A stretch of 63,386 nucleotides of DNA, filler included, from Octopus bimaculoides (GCF_001194135.2; 4 parts of 4 records of this genome joined end to end with filler, not necessarily neighbours in it), one strand, 5' to 3'. Positions 1-13,618 are shown, counted from the first letter of the whole stretch. The notes: generated from the sequence alone by a model not told the origin. Numbers and translations: made by a program.

Positions 1-772
1 TTTTAATATGCGGTAGGATCGCCTTTGGTAGTAATTACAGCTTGAATTCTGCGAGGTATGGACTCATTACAAAGTTTGAATTGTTTCCAAAGGAATTTTT
101 GTCCATTCTTCAGCTAAAACAGTCTCCAGTTCTTGTAGTGATGATGGTGGAGGATATCGACTCCTTGCTTGTTTTTCTAAAATGCACTATTAATGTTCAA
201 TAATACTGAAATCTGGGGACTGTGGTGGCCAGATAAGATGTTCAACGTTACTAGAATGTTCCTCATGCCATTCAGTAACAACTTTAGCTGTGTGAATTGG
301 TGCATTATCATCCTGAAAGATTGCGTTTCTCTCCGGAAACAGTTCTGCAACCATAGGATGAATTTGACCAGATAAAATGCATAAATAGTCTTGACTATTA
401 ATTCTGCCATGAAGGGAAACTATTGGGCTGGTGGATTTCCTAGATATAGCCCCCCCCCNNNNNNNNNNTGAAGGGAAACTATTGGGCTGGTGGATTTCCT
501 AGATATAGCCCCCCCCCCTCCAGATCATTACAAATCTTCCTCCATGTATAACAGTTTTACTTTTCTAAAAAGAAAAAAAATTTATTGAATCTCCAATGTG
601 TAATTCTTCAAATATTCATGATTAAATCTAGAATCTTTGTCTTAAGAATTATGGTTAAAAGATTCTTAAAATCTCTTCTGTACAAGATTGTATCTCCTGT
701 ATTGTAATGAGATGTATGTAACATAAAAAAAAAAATATATATACCAAGTTTCTCTGCTTTCTGCTTTGATAT

Positions 773-960
773 GTGGGGCTGTGTGGTAAGTAGCTTGCTC
801 ACCAACCACATAGCTCCGTGTTAAGTCCCACTGTGTACCACCTTGGCAAGTGTCTTCTACTATAGCCTCAGGGCAACCAGAGCCTTGTGAGTGGATTTGG
901 TAGACGGAAACTGAAAGAAGTCTGTCATATATATATATATATCTATATATATATATATAT
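773..960 (+). mobile_element. SINE family B, 5' half (tRNA-like head plus CORE-like domain), CpG-decayed
   Basis: ggctgtgtggtaag...caccttggcaagtgtcttctactatagcc...gtggatttggtagacggaaactgaaagaag followed by (TA)n; the same sequence recurs more than 10 times in the window. Confidence 0.8.
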
Positions 961-2092
961 TAAAAAAAAATTTATATCTTGGACATAGTTACCCAAGTTT
1001 TTGCCTCCACAAAGCAAAGCCTTGAGGACAGCTGTGTGTGTGTGTCATCTATCATAATTTAGCATTCATGTTCCCTACTGGCAGAAGTTGGGCTGTTCAG
1101 GAGGATCCAATGGAGCATAAGGCCTGTATCCTGCTCTAGTGTCTGCTTTGGCATGGTTCCTGCACTGTACAGTATGTGCTGGGTATTTCTTTTTTTCTTA
1201 ACCCTAATTTTTCTTTTCTGTATGCCACCACAAGTAGGGAGGCTGTCATACAGTTTACTAGACTATGAACCTTGGGTGGTGGAGTGGGGACAATTGTATG
1301 CAATGTATGATGAGTAGATATGCCAGGTAGTGGCCAAAGCAGAATGGGTTTCTTGCTGTGAAGGAGCTACACAACTACTCGCATCTTTGAAGAGAGTTTG
1401 AGAAAACGGTCTTTGTTAGCAGGCTGATGTGAGGGAAAACTACAATGCTAGCACCACAACCACCAAATGGCTCAGATTGTGCTTGTTCCATATGCTAGAA
1501 GTTGCAGCTAAATCCCTCCAGTATATTTGTTTTAGTCGTTGACTTTCAATGTCTTTGACCATGTGTCTGTTTGACCGGAACTAACTCGGATCTCTCTTTT
1601 GTTTGCTTATAAACATTATGACCTTTCTTGTATGTTTTGGCCAAATTCAACTGCAGATGCACTTTTCCTACTGTTGCCATCATAAAGCACTAACAAAGGG
1701 CAAGTTCTTGTGTGTTCACTTGTATGTTTGTGTGTGTATGCATGGATGTGCATTCCCGAATTACCCGTGTATTTGTGTATGCATATGTGTGTCACACTTC
1801 GTGTGTATGCTTATTCACCATACTCATTAAACCTGTACACTGGCGGTTTGACTTTGGTATCTGGGTGGAATGTTAATCTAAGTGGATTTGGAGATCAAAT
1901 TGGATTAATATCCAATCAAATACTGGTATTAAAACGTGGCTAGGATTTAACAGAAAAGTTACTAAATACAAATATACACACTCAGGCTAAATGTTACTCT
2001 AAACACTCCTCTGCTATCCCTCTACTACTTTAAGGTAGATACTGGGTTAGATTTAACTTATTAGGTTAACACATTTATCTATTATTTTTATA

Positions 2093-2400
2093 AGCGGTGA
2101 GCTGGCAGAATCATTAGCACGCCAGGCAAGATGCTTAGTGGTATTTCGTCTGAGTTCAAATTCCGCTGAGGTTGACTTTGTCTTTCATCCTTTCGGGGTC
2201 AATAAATTAAGTACCAGATACACACTGGGGTTGATATAATTGACTGGTCCTCTCCCACAAAATTTCAGGCCTTGTGCCTACAGTAGAATGGATTATTATT
2301 ATTATTAAGCAGTGAGCTAGTAGAATTGTTAACACCCTGGGGTGTGTGGGGTCAATGAAATTGACTATACATCTGGCACCTTTCCCATAATTTCTGACCT
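2093..2400 (+). mobile_element. SINE family A (tRNA-like A/B boxes, Meta-like body, (ATT)n tail) plus the start of a second copy
   Basis: gcggtgagctggcagaatcattagc...gagttcaaattcc...gactttgtctttcatcctttcggggtcaataaattaagtaccag...gccttgtgcctacagtagaatggattattatt. Confidence 0.8.
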
Positions 2401-2705
2401 TGTACATATACATATATATATATATATATATGTGTGTATATCATTATCTTCATTATCATTTAACATCCACTTTTCCATGCTTGCATGAGTCAGGCTGTTT
2501 GAGTCAGATTTTTCTGTAGCCAAATGCCGTTTCTGTTTCCAAGCAAGGTAATATTTCACCGTGGTTAGACATTTTTTTCATGTAAGACTGTAAATGAACA
2601 ACATTGCTTTTATGGTGGTGAAGCTTGTTTACAACCATCACATGATGTCATGACAAGGGTACGCACACACACACACACACACACATGCACAAAACCACAC
2701 ACACC

Positions 2706-2868
2706 CATGACTGGCTTTTCTCAGTTTCAGTCTGCCAAATCCACTTACAAGGTTTTGGTTGGGCAAGGGCCATAATAGAAGACACTTTCCCAAGGTGCCA
2801 TACAGTGAGAACTGAACTAGAGACCACATGGTTAACAAGCAAGCAAGCTTCTTAACTACACAATCACA
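2706..2868 (-). mobile_element. SINE family B, 5' half, decayed
   Basis: Reverse complement of the family B head and CORE-like segment. Confidence 0.7.
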
Positions 2869-2951
2869 CATGTACACATTTGTTACTACTGTTTATTGTT
2901 ACTCTGAAGTTAAAAAATGTTTTTACTCCCTTATATTTTGTATTGTTTCAG

Positions 2952-3070
2952 ATCTGGGATAAAGGTACATTGGAGTGCGTGAAGGTGTTAACAGGACACA
3001 CAGGCTCAGTACTGTGTTTACAGTATGACAAGAACATTATTATTTCAGGTTCAAGTGATTCGACTGTGAG
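2952..3070 (+). CDS. BTRC: beta-TrCP (F-box/WD40) exon, first in window: [39 protein letters not shown](R)
   Basis: tttcag acceptor and gtatgc donor; 119 nt, phase 0 to 2. The translation matches the beta-TrCP WD40 repeat (human [40 protein letters not shown], from memory). Upstream exons (D domain, F-box, first WD repeat) were not found in 1-2951, so they lie outside the window. Confidence 0.97.
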
Positions 3071-3269
3071 GTATGCTACACACATACATTTTTCTGTTCT
3101 ATTCTGTTCGTTTTTTAAGTTATTTAATTAACTTTGTAGTTAGAGACTTCATTCACAACCATTCATAGTAAAGGACTTCATAACTTTGTAGTTAAGGGCT
3201 TCAATGGGTTTCATCCCATTGTATGGTCACTTTGCCTAAGCGGCTTCTACTGTAACCTCACTTTGACTA

Positions 3270-3590
3270 TTCATCATTATCATCATTGTTTAGCGTCCAC
3301 TTTCCATGCAGGCATGGGTTGAATGGTTTGATAGGGACTAGCCAGGTAGAAGACTACCCCAAGCCACTGTATCTGTTTTGGCAGGTTTTTTACAGTTGGA
3401 TGCTCTTCCTAACACCAATCACCCTGCAGAGTGGACTTAGTGCTTTTTATATGGCACCAGTACATGCAAGGTCAGTTTTGGTATGGTTTTTCCAGCTGGA
3501 TGCCCTTCCAAATGCCAACCACTTTAGTGTGGACTGGATGCTTTTTACATGGTACCAACACTGGCAGCGTCACCAAGTAACTTGCAAGAC
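3270..3590 (-). mobile_element. Repeat family D (AGGAAGGGCATCCAGCTGT core, (GAT)n tail), decayed copy
   Basis: catcattgtttagcgtccactttccatgcaggcatgggtt...gctggatgcccttccaaatgccaaccact. Similar copies at about 2440, 10355, 18100, 24280 and 27600. Confidence 0.65.
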
Positions 3591-4888
3591 AAGGCATTTC
3601 GATTTGTTGCATTTTTATAGATATTATCTTTACCATTTTTATATACACTCTTCCATGAGTGAAAACCAGAGAAAAATGTGGTATTGTTACTTTGGTTATT
3701 GTAATTGGAAATATCAGATTCTACACTCCTCACACCAACTGAACTCCTCAGTTGGTTAATTGTTGTTGAGGCAGACCAAAATGAGTTTCCTTAAATAATA
3801 GTTTTTATCATACCCAAAGTTTAGTTTTGATTGAGTCAACAGGATTGTGAATGAAGCAGAATTTCAGCAGACTAAAATAGGTAGTTGGGTCATAAAACGT
3901 AAAGAATGAAAATATTCTTTGCTGTTATCTCTAATGATAGACTAAATGGATGATCATTAACTCTTTCTTTTTTAAGACAGTATACTTATGTGGTAGGGAG
4001 AAAGGAGTAGGTTCTATTTAGTGTAGGATTAATAATTGGCAAAGTGAGCTGTGGAAAGAATGAAATGAATGGTGACATACCATATAATAGACCTGTCTAA
4101 CCCATACTTGGATGGTAAAATTTATGACAATGGTATATATATTTCTTCACTGTTTAGAGAGTATAATCTTAATGTAGATGTTGACATTAATGGTATCTGA
4201 CATTGCATGACATGAATTTGAAATACGAGTCATAAATGCTCTGCTGGGACTAGAAACATTTACCTCCCTTGTCTGGGCATCTTCACAGTTGACCTGTATT
4301 TCTTTTATTGATACTTTTATTGCCTATAATGCTTAACATACTCAATACTTATTACATACACGCATAAGTGAAAGCAGAGTATTGTAATCACTTGTCTTTT
4401 GTCTGTGTGTTTGTAAAATTACTGGGAAATGGCTGAACAGATTTTCACCAAATTTGGCAGAAATACTCATTGGGTGAGTGGCTTGAAAGGATGAAAACTT
4501 TTGGTTACCTTCAAACATACATAAATACATATATAGATATGCAACTGTGTGTGTGTAGTGATGGATTCAAAGTTTTGTTTATTTATGAGTTGGTTTTTTA
4601 ATTTCACCGGAGTAGCTATGATAGTGATACTTAAAACAAAAAAAAAAAAAAAAAAAAAAGAAAAATAATCGAACTTGCAAATTTCCCGATAGGTGGTCAT
4701 ATTTTTAAATATGTAGTCTGGTTGAGGACACAAAGTGGACATGATGGAGAGGAAGCGAAGGCATATGTATTAAGAAGAGCTTTTGACTTGTTACTTAAAA
4801 ACATACTTTCCATGCTGTTTCCCTACTTTTTTTTTTTTTTTTGAATTTTTTATCTATGTATATGCATTTTCTGTGTCTGTTGTTGCAG

Positions 4889-4994
4889 AGTGTGGGATGT
4901 GATGACTGGGGAGATGTTAAACACCTTGATACACCACTGTGAAGCTGTTCTCCATCTACGGTTTAATGATGGTATCATGGTCACTTGTTCAAAG
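4889..4994 (+). CDS. BTRC: beta-TrCP exon: (R)[35 protein letters not shown]
   Basis: ttgcag acceptor, gtatgt donor, 106 nt, phase 2 to 0, in frame with both neighbouring exons. Not shown in the ORF track. Confidence 0.97.
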
Positions 4995-5005
4995 GTATGT
5001 TAAAA

Positions 5006-5036
<31 letters not shown>

Positions 5037-6043
5037 NNNNNNNNNNTTTTTTTTTTTAATGTTGGGAGGCAGGGGTTTTGTTTTTGTCATTAATTTTCTC
5101 TTCCCTTGGCCTCAGTAGTCAGAGAAAGGTTCATGGATTATAGGCACTGCCCTTTTGGATAAGCTGTAAAAGATGTAAAACATTGAAGTTTGGAAAGAAT
5201 TTGAGTGAATTAAATTAAGACTGACATAAAGATGTGTAGCAAATTGGTCAGTTAATATCTAAGACATGTGTAACCAATCAAATGCTTACTGGGGAAACTT
5301 AATCCCTTGTTTTAGATATACTAATCATTGATTAGTATATCTAAAACAGAGACTAAGATTTTTTGTAATGGCTTACTTTTGGTTTTTTTTTTTTTTCATT
5401 TTCCCATGACCTGAATACTGTATTTGAAAGCACAAAATACACTCAGGCATTGTTGAGATGCTTTCCAATTTCAGCAGTACCTATTCAGGAGAAAACATTT
5501 TTAATGAGTTAAAGCCTGTAATATATGCCCAACTTCACTTAGAGCACTTTGGGAGGTTTTTGAAATTTTGTCTTTTTCCTTTTTTCTTTCTTTTTTCTAT
5601 TTAAAGATAAGTGCATCTCATATCCTATCAATTACAATATATATCATATTTAACATATAAAAAGAATCCTGTGTATCTCCATCCCATTTCTATCACTTGC
5701 CATGCTTATGGAAGCAAAAATTAAATTGTGATTCAAAAGACCATCTGAAAGACATCAACTATTCAGTGACTCACACATATATTAGATTTGAAGAATTGAG
5801 GCACACAAAGGGAACTCTAGTAGTCCATGCCTTGCCAGCCCCTGATTGAGAATATCATCATCATCAAATGTATACTGTATTCAAAGATGGCAGGATGTGA
5901 TATAAAGAAAATTTGGCTGCTATTTTTATCAGTTGGGGTGACTACAAAGAGGCTTCATTGTTGTAGGCATACCATTTGGTGGTATTTTTTCAGTTTCTAT
6001 GTACTGTTCAGTTGTAATTTACTGATCTTTATTTCATGTCTAG

Positions 6044-6187
6044 GATCGATCCATTGCTGTGTGGGACATGAATTCACCAGCTGATATCAACTTACGGAGA
6101 GTTCTGGTTGGTCATCGGGCAGCAGTCAATGTTGTGGACTTCGATGAAAAATATATAGTTTCTGCTTCAGGTGATCGTACAATAAAG
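6044..6187 (+). CDS. BTRC: beta-TrCP exon: [48 protein letters not shown]
   Basis: gtctag acceptor, gttagt donor, 144 nt, phase 0 to 0; near-identical to the beta-TrCP WD40 repeat. Confidence 0.97.
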
Positions 6188-7038
6188 GTTAGTGTTATTG
6201 TATGAACTGGTTTTTAGAGCTGTCTGTCAACAGAAAAGATTCTACATGTGCATGCATATTTTACATATATTGTTTTTCAGTTACCTTGGGTGGATTTGTT
6301 TATTGTTCAATATTAGTGGATGACAATTGATTTACTGCCAGATGAAATAACTTGCAGATTATATACTTACTTCCATTTATCTTTAATCCAGTCATGTGTT
6401 TGGGACAGTTAAAAGTGTCTGAGTTAGGGTGTCACCCTCCAGTGGCAAGTGGCATATATGACTTGTGTGAAGAGGCCTATACTGTGCATGGGGCTTGGAG
6501 GCAAATGGAGGAGAGCACTTGGTGATGGAGGTGGGCTTATCCTGCAAATGTAATAGGTAAGAAGAGGCAGTCATTAATTTAAATCTGTAACATTCGCTGT
6601 ATTGATTCAGTTAAAAACAAAATGGTATGTAACTCTATTTTGGTCTCAACTGACAACAGATACCACTTCTGACTACAGTTGGGTGTTTTGTTAGGAAGAA
6701 GAGACACAGCTTCCAAAACTCGATACCAACAGGTGTTTGAAGCTGTATCTCATGGAAGTTTCACTGGTCTCTTGTAGAGGTTAACAGAACTGATAACCCA
6801 TTGATGGATAATACTAGTTGTAACAGCATCTACATGAGTGGGTGCATGTAACCTTCTGATCTAACAATGGATGCATTGATTAGCAAACAAACAAACAAAA
6901 ATATTTGGTGCTGCTTCTGTTGGTGCTTGCTGTCAATTCTCTTGAAATTGTCATTTTCTTTAATTTCTTTTGCAATATTTAAAAAAAAAAAATGTTTCCT
7001 GAATACTTTGTAATTTGTACATTCACTGTTGTTTGTAG

Positions 7039-7157
7039 GTTTGGAATACTTCTTCTTGTGAGTTTGTTCGAACACTAAATGGACACAAGAGAGGTATTGC
7101 CTGCCTTCAATACCGAGATCGTTTAGTGGTCAGTGGCAGCTCTGATAACTCCATCAG
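7039..7157 (+). CDS. BTRC: beta-TrCP exon: [39 protein letters not shown](R)
   Basis: ttgtag acceptor, gtatgt donor, 119 nt, phase 0 to 2; carries the KRGIA motif of the phosphodegron-binding face. Confidence 0.97.
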
Positions 7158-7249
7158 GTATGTATGTGCAGCATTCCTTTTAATGTTTGGGTTTTTTTTT
7201 TTTCTGACATGTACATTCATTTATACCCAGGAACATACATTCTAATACA

Positions 7250-7775
7250 TATATAGACCCGGCAAGCCAAGTAAGATCGTTGCCAGTGCCCCTGGACTGG
7301 TTCTTGTGCAGGTGGCACATGAGATGCACCATTTTGAGTGTGGCCGTTGCCAGTACCGCCTGACTGGCTCCTGTAGGATTTTCGAGCGAGATCGTTGCCA
7401 GCGCCCCTGGACTGGCTTGTGCGGGTGGCACATAAAAGACACCATTTCGAGCGTGGCCGTTTTCGTGCAGGTGACACGTAAAAGCACCCACTACACTCTC
7501 TGAGTGGTNNNNNNNNNNCGTTGCCAGCGCCCCTGGACTGGCTTGTGCGGGTGGCACATAAAAGACACCATTTCGAGCGTGGCCGTTTTCGTGCAGGTGA
7601 CACGTAAAAGCACCCACTACACTCTCTGAGTGGTTGGCGTTAGGAAGGGCATCCAGCTGTAGAAACTCTGCCAAATCAGACTGGAGCCTGGTGTTGCCAT
7701 CTGGTTTCACCAGTCCTCAGTCAAATCGTCCAACCCATGCTAGCATGGAAAGCGGACGTTAAACGATGATGATAT
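7250..7775 (+). mobile_element. Repeat family D, young copy with internal subrepeats (SINE or LINE 3' end)
   Basis: CpGs are intact; ends ggttggcgttaggaagggcatccagctgtagaaac...catggaaagcggacgttaaacgatgatgat. About 110 nt is duplicated across the 10-N gap. Confidence 0.7.
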
Positions 7776-9321
7776 AAGTACACACACACACACACACGTA
7801 CATCTGCAAGCACCTACAGTCGTTCTTTTATGTTCTTACGTGCACACACACAGTCATAAGTACATGTTCTCATGCACACACATTAACATGTTCATAAAAC
7901 TTTGCTCTCTTGCATATAGACACACGGTCATAAATACATGCTCTCCTGCACACACACACACACACACACACAGATAGATTCACAATGATAAATACATACT
8001 GTCTAAAATGAACACAGTAACAGCCATAAATTCATGTTCACACAGTCATAAATTCATGCATATCTACTCAATTTCATTGATTCATACAAAAAGAATTTGC
8101 TGCAGTTTCGTTATGAAAATGTACTAATGTGTGTTGGACATAAATATGCTTGGAGAATGTGGGGGTGAGGTGGGGGATTTAATGGTTAGATTGATGGTGG
8201 TAGTGGTAACTGGTGGGTCAGTGAGGAATCCCCACTGCCGTCTGCTCAGTGTTTGTAGTTTAGTTGACAGTATGGCTGATGGCTGGGCAGGTTTAGTTGC
8301 ATGGTCACTGAAGTCATTACATCAAGCAACATGTTTAGAGCTGTTGGAAGATTAGTACTAGCTTTGTGGGTACCTTGCAGTAGTGGTTGTATTTGAGGTA
8401 TATTTGAAAGTAGGGTTGTGTTGTTGGTGCGGGTTCCTTGTACTGGTAGTGATAGGTAGATTTGAAAGCATGGCTCTGTTGTTAGTGGTCCTGTCAATCA
8501 TTTCAAGCTAAGAGAAAGGTTTTCAATACACTACTATGAGTTAGCAAAATACCAGTCAGTTTCACAATGCTAACAGTGTTGCTTTCAGCTGTGAACTTTT
8601 TTTCTGTGGATTCCTACTGGCAATTAAGGTGATTGGGCTGTTGAGAGTTGAGCATATCCTTGATGCAAAACATTACCATTGACAGTAAACAAACTAATCT
8701 TTCTTGGTTAACTACTATTGATTTAGTGAGTCAAGGATGACCTTACAGGGAGCTTTAGAAAAGGAAAAGATGGGGTTTTATTAAGTTAGAGCTTCGATTT
8801 TAATGGTTACCAGTATTTAGTAGATTGATTAGATTTCACAAATCCAGTGTTAAAGTAGGGCAAATTAGATATCAGTAAGTTAGTGTCAGTAACGAGCTTT
8901 AAGGAGAAATCTGGCATATTGGTTAAGATATATAGGCTTGTTAGGGAACAGTTAGGGAGATGTAGATGATCTGAGCCCGCATGGCAGAGGGGATATTCAA
9001 TTAAAAGGTCATCATATATATTGTCAGTAGGACTGTATTATTCCTGGCTCAAGGAAACTAAACCTTAAGCAGAAAAGGTTGATGTTTAACCCTTAATCAG
9101 CCCTGATTAAGAAGTTCTGTGGTTAAAAACATTCCAATTCTGACCTAGAGTTGTGTAGAACTACATTATCTAGTGTCTCCTTTTTTTAGTGAAGAGAGAA
9201 GGGCGTGATATGAAGGATATTTGACTGCTATTTCTAGCGGGTGGAGTGAGCAGATAGAGGATGTTGGGGTCTACGTATGTGTGAGTTTTTGTTTATAATA
9301 TATTTTCTGTCATTTTGTCAG

Positions 9322-9432
9322 GTTGTGGGACATTGAATGTGGTGCCTGTTTAAGGGTCCTTGAAGGTCACGAAGAATTAGTCCGTTGCATACGGTTTGAC
9401 AACAAGAGAATTGTTAGTGGTGCTTATGATGG
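9322..9432 (+). CDS. BTRC: beta-TrCP exon: (R)[36 protein letters not shown](G)
   Basis: tgtcag acceptor, gtaagt donor, 111 nt, phase 2 to 2; matches the vertebrate sequence as I recall it. Confidence 0.97.
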
Positions 9433-10150
9433 GTAAGTAACACATTTGATGCTTCCTCCAGTGTATATTGCTTTATGTTGAACAAACCAATGAACAAGCA
9501 CAAGCACTAGACCACACCACACATACATCAATGGATGCATATACACCACTAATACCAGATTGCAACAGTTTCACCTGGAAATTGCAGTGGCATGAAACTC
9601 AGTCACAAGACAAACTCTCAGATTGTTTCAATACAAAACCATATATACACATAGATTCGTGTGTATATATATCTTTTTGTCTTATTTGCATACATGCCAT
9701 TTCGTTATGATTGCACTCAGTCAAAACACAATGTTTGTGATATTAAATCTCCAACTTAAAGCAAGTGGCCACCTATGCAAGGTAGATAGTTCTGTATGCT
9801 TCAGTTTCTGTTGCTTTCAAATATGCTGGTTCACTTGCCAGAATGATCAAAACTACTACTACTCCTGTATAACTACCACTTATTTTACTGCTACAACTAC
9901 TGTTGTCTCTACAACTTCCATCACTACTTTTACTAACACTACAGCTACTTCAATTACAGCTGCTGTTACCACCACAAACACTACTACTTCCGCTACAATT
10001 GTTACTACCATTGCTACTACCTCTACCACGACTATTATAATATTTATTATACTGCTTGTACTATTAACAATTGCAACTACTATTACTGCTACCACTATAT
10101 TTATTTCTGTAGCTGCATTTGTTGATTGTTCAATGTTTTCTAACCTTCAG

Positions 10151-10229
10151 GAAAATCAAAGTATGGGATCTTGCTGCAGCCTTGGATCCTCGAGCACCTG
10201 CTGGCACTTTGTGTCTTAGAACTCTTGTG
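10151..10229 (+). CDS. BTRC: beta-TrCP exon: (G)[26 protein letters not shown]
   Basis: cttcag acceptor, gtaagt donor, 79 nt, phase 2 to 0. Confidence 0.97.
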
Positions 10230-10819
10230 GTAAGTATTTCTGTCTGGGTCATGTCATTTGACGAGTTTGGAGGGTTTGTTGTGTAGGGCTGAATGGAATG
10301 GCAAACTGTGTTTTGTCATGTAAGGTGAATAGAATGCGCTTAGTGGCCTATTCATCATTGTCATCATATGTCGGTTTCTCATGCTGGCATGGGTTGGAAT
10401 GTTTGACAGGAGTGGCCCAGGCTCCATTGTCTGTTTTGGCATGGTTTCTATGGCTGGATCTCCTTCCTAATGCCAAACACTTTACAGTGTGTACTGGATG
10501 CTTTTACTCCGTACTGGCACTGGTATGGGTGTTTTACATGGCACCAGCACCCACAAGCCCACTAGATCAGCTGGACAGAGATGCAGGGGACATGTCTGTA
10601 TGCAAAAACAACTGCGATTTTACTTAGCTTGATGTGTCTTCTCAAGCACAGCAAACTGCTAGAAGTCTCAGTCCCCTGTCGTCCTCTCTGTGAGGCCCAA
10701 CGCCTGAAGATCCGTTCTCACTACTTTGTCCCACATCTTCTTGGGTTTAACCCTCCATGTTCTCTCCTGGTGTGGGCCCAAGTGGTCTGTCATGCAGAGT
10801 GGGGTGCAGTGAGTGGTAT

Positions 10820-11302
10820 CTCTTTTTACTTGTTTCAGTCATTTGATTGAGTCCATACTGGGGCATCACCTTGAATCTTTTTTAGTTGAAACACTGCCAG
10901 TCCTTTTTTTTCTTTAATATTTTTATAGCCGGCACTTATTCTATTAGTGCCTTTGCCAAACCACTAAATTACAGGGACGTAATATTGTGAAAAGTTGTGT
11001 GAAATGGTGGGGCCTACCTGATGGTCTGTTGTGTAGTCAAAAAAGAACGTGCATTTATGAGTGACAAATGGAGAGGCCATTACCTATATATATATATTCA
11101 TTCTTTTACTTGTTTCAACCATTTGACTGTGACCATGCTGAAGCACTGCCTTTAGTCAAACAAATTGACTCTAGGGCTTTGTAAGCCTAGTACTTATTCT
11201 GTCGGTCTCTTTTGCTGAACCGCTAAGTTACAGGGACGTAAACACACTGACATTGGTTGTCAAAGCGATGGAGTGGAGACCAACACAGACGCACAAACAT
11301 AT

Positions 11303-11347
<45 letters not shown>
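10820..11347 (-). mobile_element. Two 3' halves of SINE family B in the last beta-TrCP intron
   Basis: cttttacttgtttcagtcatttga...ctaagttacagggacgtaaacacac...(TA)n; reverse complement of the segment at 22820-23030. Confidence 0.75.
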
Positions 11348-11718
11348 NNNNNNNNNNNNNNNNNNNNNNNNNNNNNNNNNNNNNNNNNNNNNNNNNNNNN
11401 NNNNNNNNNNNNNNNNNNNNNNNNNNNNNNNNNNNNNNNNNNNNNNNNNNNNNNNNNNNNNNNNNNNNNNNNNNNNNNNNNNNNNNNNNNNNNNNNNNNN
11501 NNNNNNNNNNNNNNNNNNNNNNNNNNNNNNNNNNNNNNNNNNNNNNNNNNNNNNNNNNNNNNNNNNNNNATATATATATATATATATATATATATAGTTT
11601 TTTGTTTTTGATCCTAACATTTTTAATAAATTGATTCTCTTATGTTTCTCTTCTCTTCTTCTTCACAGCAACATTGTTTCATTTCTCTTTCATTGTCTTC
11701 TGTATTTTGTCTCTCCAG

Positions 11719-11877
11719 GAACATTCCGGACGTGTGTTTCGTTTACAGTTCGATGAGTTCCAGATAGTCAGCAGTAGTCATGACGACACCATCCTAATAT
11801 GGGACTTTCTCAACGTATCCATCCCAGAAGGTCAAGCCCGCTCTCCGCTCAGGACGTACACCTATGTGTCCAAGTGA
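11719..11877 (+). CDS. BTRC: beta-TrCP last coding exon: [52 protein letters not shown]
   Basis: ctccag acceptor; tandem TGA TGA stops at 11875-11880. The seven exons sum to 837 nt (278 aa plus stop) with no frameshift. Confidence 0.97.
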   Translation, partial: EHSGRVFRLQFDEFQIVSSSHDDTILIWDFLNVSIPEGQARSPLRTYTYVSK

Positions 11878-11880
11878 TGA

Positions 11881-12235
11881 TACTATTACAACAGGTTTCC
11901 CCCACCAACTGTCGCTGCTACAATAACAGCAACAACAACAACAACAACTGCTACTATTATTATTGTTACAACTACTACTATTACCACCATCACCACCACC
12001 ACCACGACAACCACCACGTTGTAAGATCATCACCACTGCTTTAAAAATAACACCAGGAACCACCTCCACCACCATTACTACTGCTATTAATATTACAACT
12101 ATTACTATCACTACTACTACCACCACCACTAATGCAGCTGCTACTGTTGCGACTTTGTAGTAGTAGTAGTAGTAGTAGTAATAGTGGTGGTGGTGGTAGA
12201 GGTGGTGGTAGTGGTGGTGATTGTAGAGGTTAACA
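11881..12235. repeat. Compound trinucleotide microsatellite (AAC/TAC/CAC, then GTA/GTG) directly after the beta-TrCP stop
   Basis: Seen directly in the sequence. Confidence 0.9.
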
Positions 12236-12628
12236 TTGTTGGAATGTGAACTGTTATTGCCACCACAAGCCATTTCCCCTCACTTGACATGAGGTAACAC
12301 CAAGGTTTAAACCCAAGGTGGGCTTTGTGTGTGTGTGAGTGTGTGTGTGTGAGTGTGTGCGTGTTATGGGACAGAGTAAAGTGGTTGTCTGTTTGTTTTT
12401 TTTTTGTTTTGGTTGGATGTGTGGTGAAACAGACCTTTCCTCTCTATCAAGTTGTTTGTTTAGTTGTTTACTGGGTGATGAAAAAGTCTTTTTTTCTCTA
12501 AGTATGTACACACGTACACACATACACACACACACACACACTTACTGAATAAATATAAATATATATATATAAATATATTAGTACACACGTGATATACATA
12601 CTTGAATGTACATATATAATTACATGTA

Positions 12629-12664
<36 letters not shown>

Positions 12665-12931
12665 ATATATATGTGCGTGTATACATATATACATATTCAC
12701 ATGTGCATAAATACACAGGAAAAAAAAAATATATCATTTCTCATACACATACCTATTACATTTAAATTGTTACATTGGGTACTTTCACTGCACCAAATGT
12801 GCAGACAACTTTTAAAAAGTGCCAGCAGCACTATAAAATGCACCAGCTGTACAGCAGAAAGAGAGAAGCTGATGTGTTGAGAAATGTAAAGTGTTTGTGA
12901 CACCCCCGACGACCCTTCCTAATACCACCTT

Positions 12932-12965
<34 letters not shown>

Positions 12966-13439
12966 TACACACACACACACTCCAAGCCCTCTTGCTTCAT
13001 AGTCCTGCCTATTACTGTAATAAAAGTGAAGTAGATGGTTGGAGTGGGTGACGGTAGGAGGGGGAGTATTTGAGGAGATATGGACATGTGTTTGTTCTCC
13101 AGCTGACAATCCACTTGCAGAGTTGGCCACATTAGTGGTTCTGACAGGGGGAAGGGATGTCACTCCGTCTGCTGCTTTTTTTNNNNNNNNNNTTTTTTTT
13201 TTTTTTTTTTTTTCTGTTATTGATTTTCTTCTAATGCTTTTTAGCTATCTACTGCAACATAACTTTTTAGCATCATCATGGGCCTCTTATTTTATACATA
13301 CATGCAAGTGTGTGGGTGTGTGTGTGTGTGTGTGCATGCATGATGGGGAGGTGTTGTGTATATATATGCATATATCTTTATGCATAGCCATCTTGAACCT
13401 CCTCTCATTTATGTATATAAATGGGGGTAGATGTAAATA

Positions 13440-13586
13440 TCTACCTTTTGTATAATATATATATATATGTATATATATATATTATAATTTTCAGATGTAT
13501 GTTTGTGTGTGACTGTATATAAACATACATACAAACACTACACACTCATATACCTATGTGTGCATATATATACATGTATATATGTG

Positions 13587-13618
<32 letters not shown>

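Noticed and set aside
409-518. 50-nt direct repeat either side of a 10-N gap (also 7397-7630, and about 58530-58740)
   Set aside because: Identical sequence flanking a 10-N gap is the signature of unmerged contig overlaps, not biological duplication.
3286-3759. 157-aa ORF, and the ORFs at 7180-7710 and 10298-10627
   Set aside because: These are read-throughs of repeat family D; the same pseudo-peptide (QLDALPNANH) recurs wherever the repeat occurs.
8100-9000. Strand-asymmetric unique-looking intronic block, possibly a decayed Penelope-like or other retroelement
   Set aside because: I could not recover a diagnostic motif by eye, so it is left unclassified.
9623-10219. 198-aa Thr-rich ORF
   Set aside because: It is a degenerate (TAC/CAC)n intronic tract that overlaps beta-TrCP exon 6 in the wrong frame.
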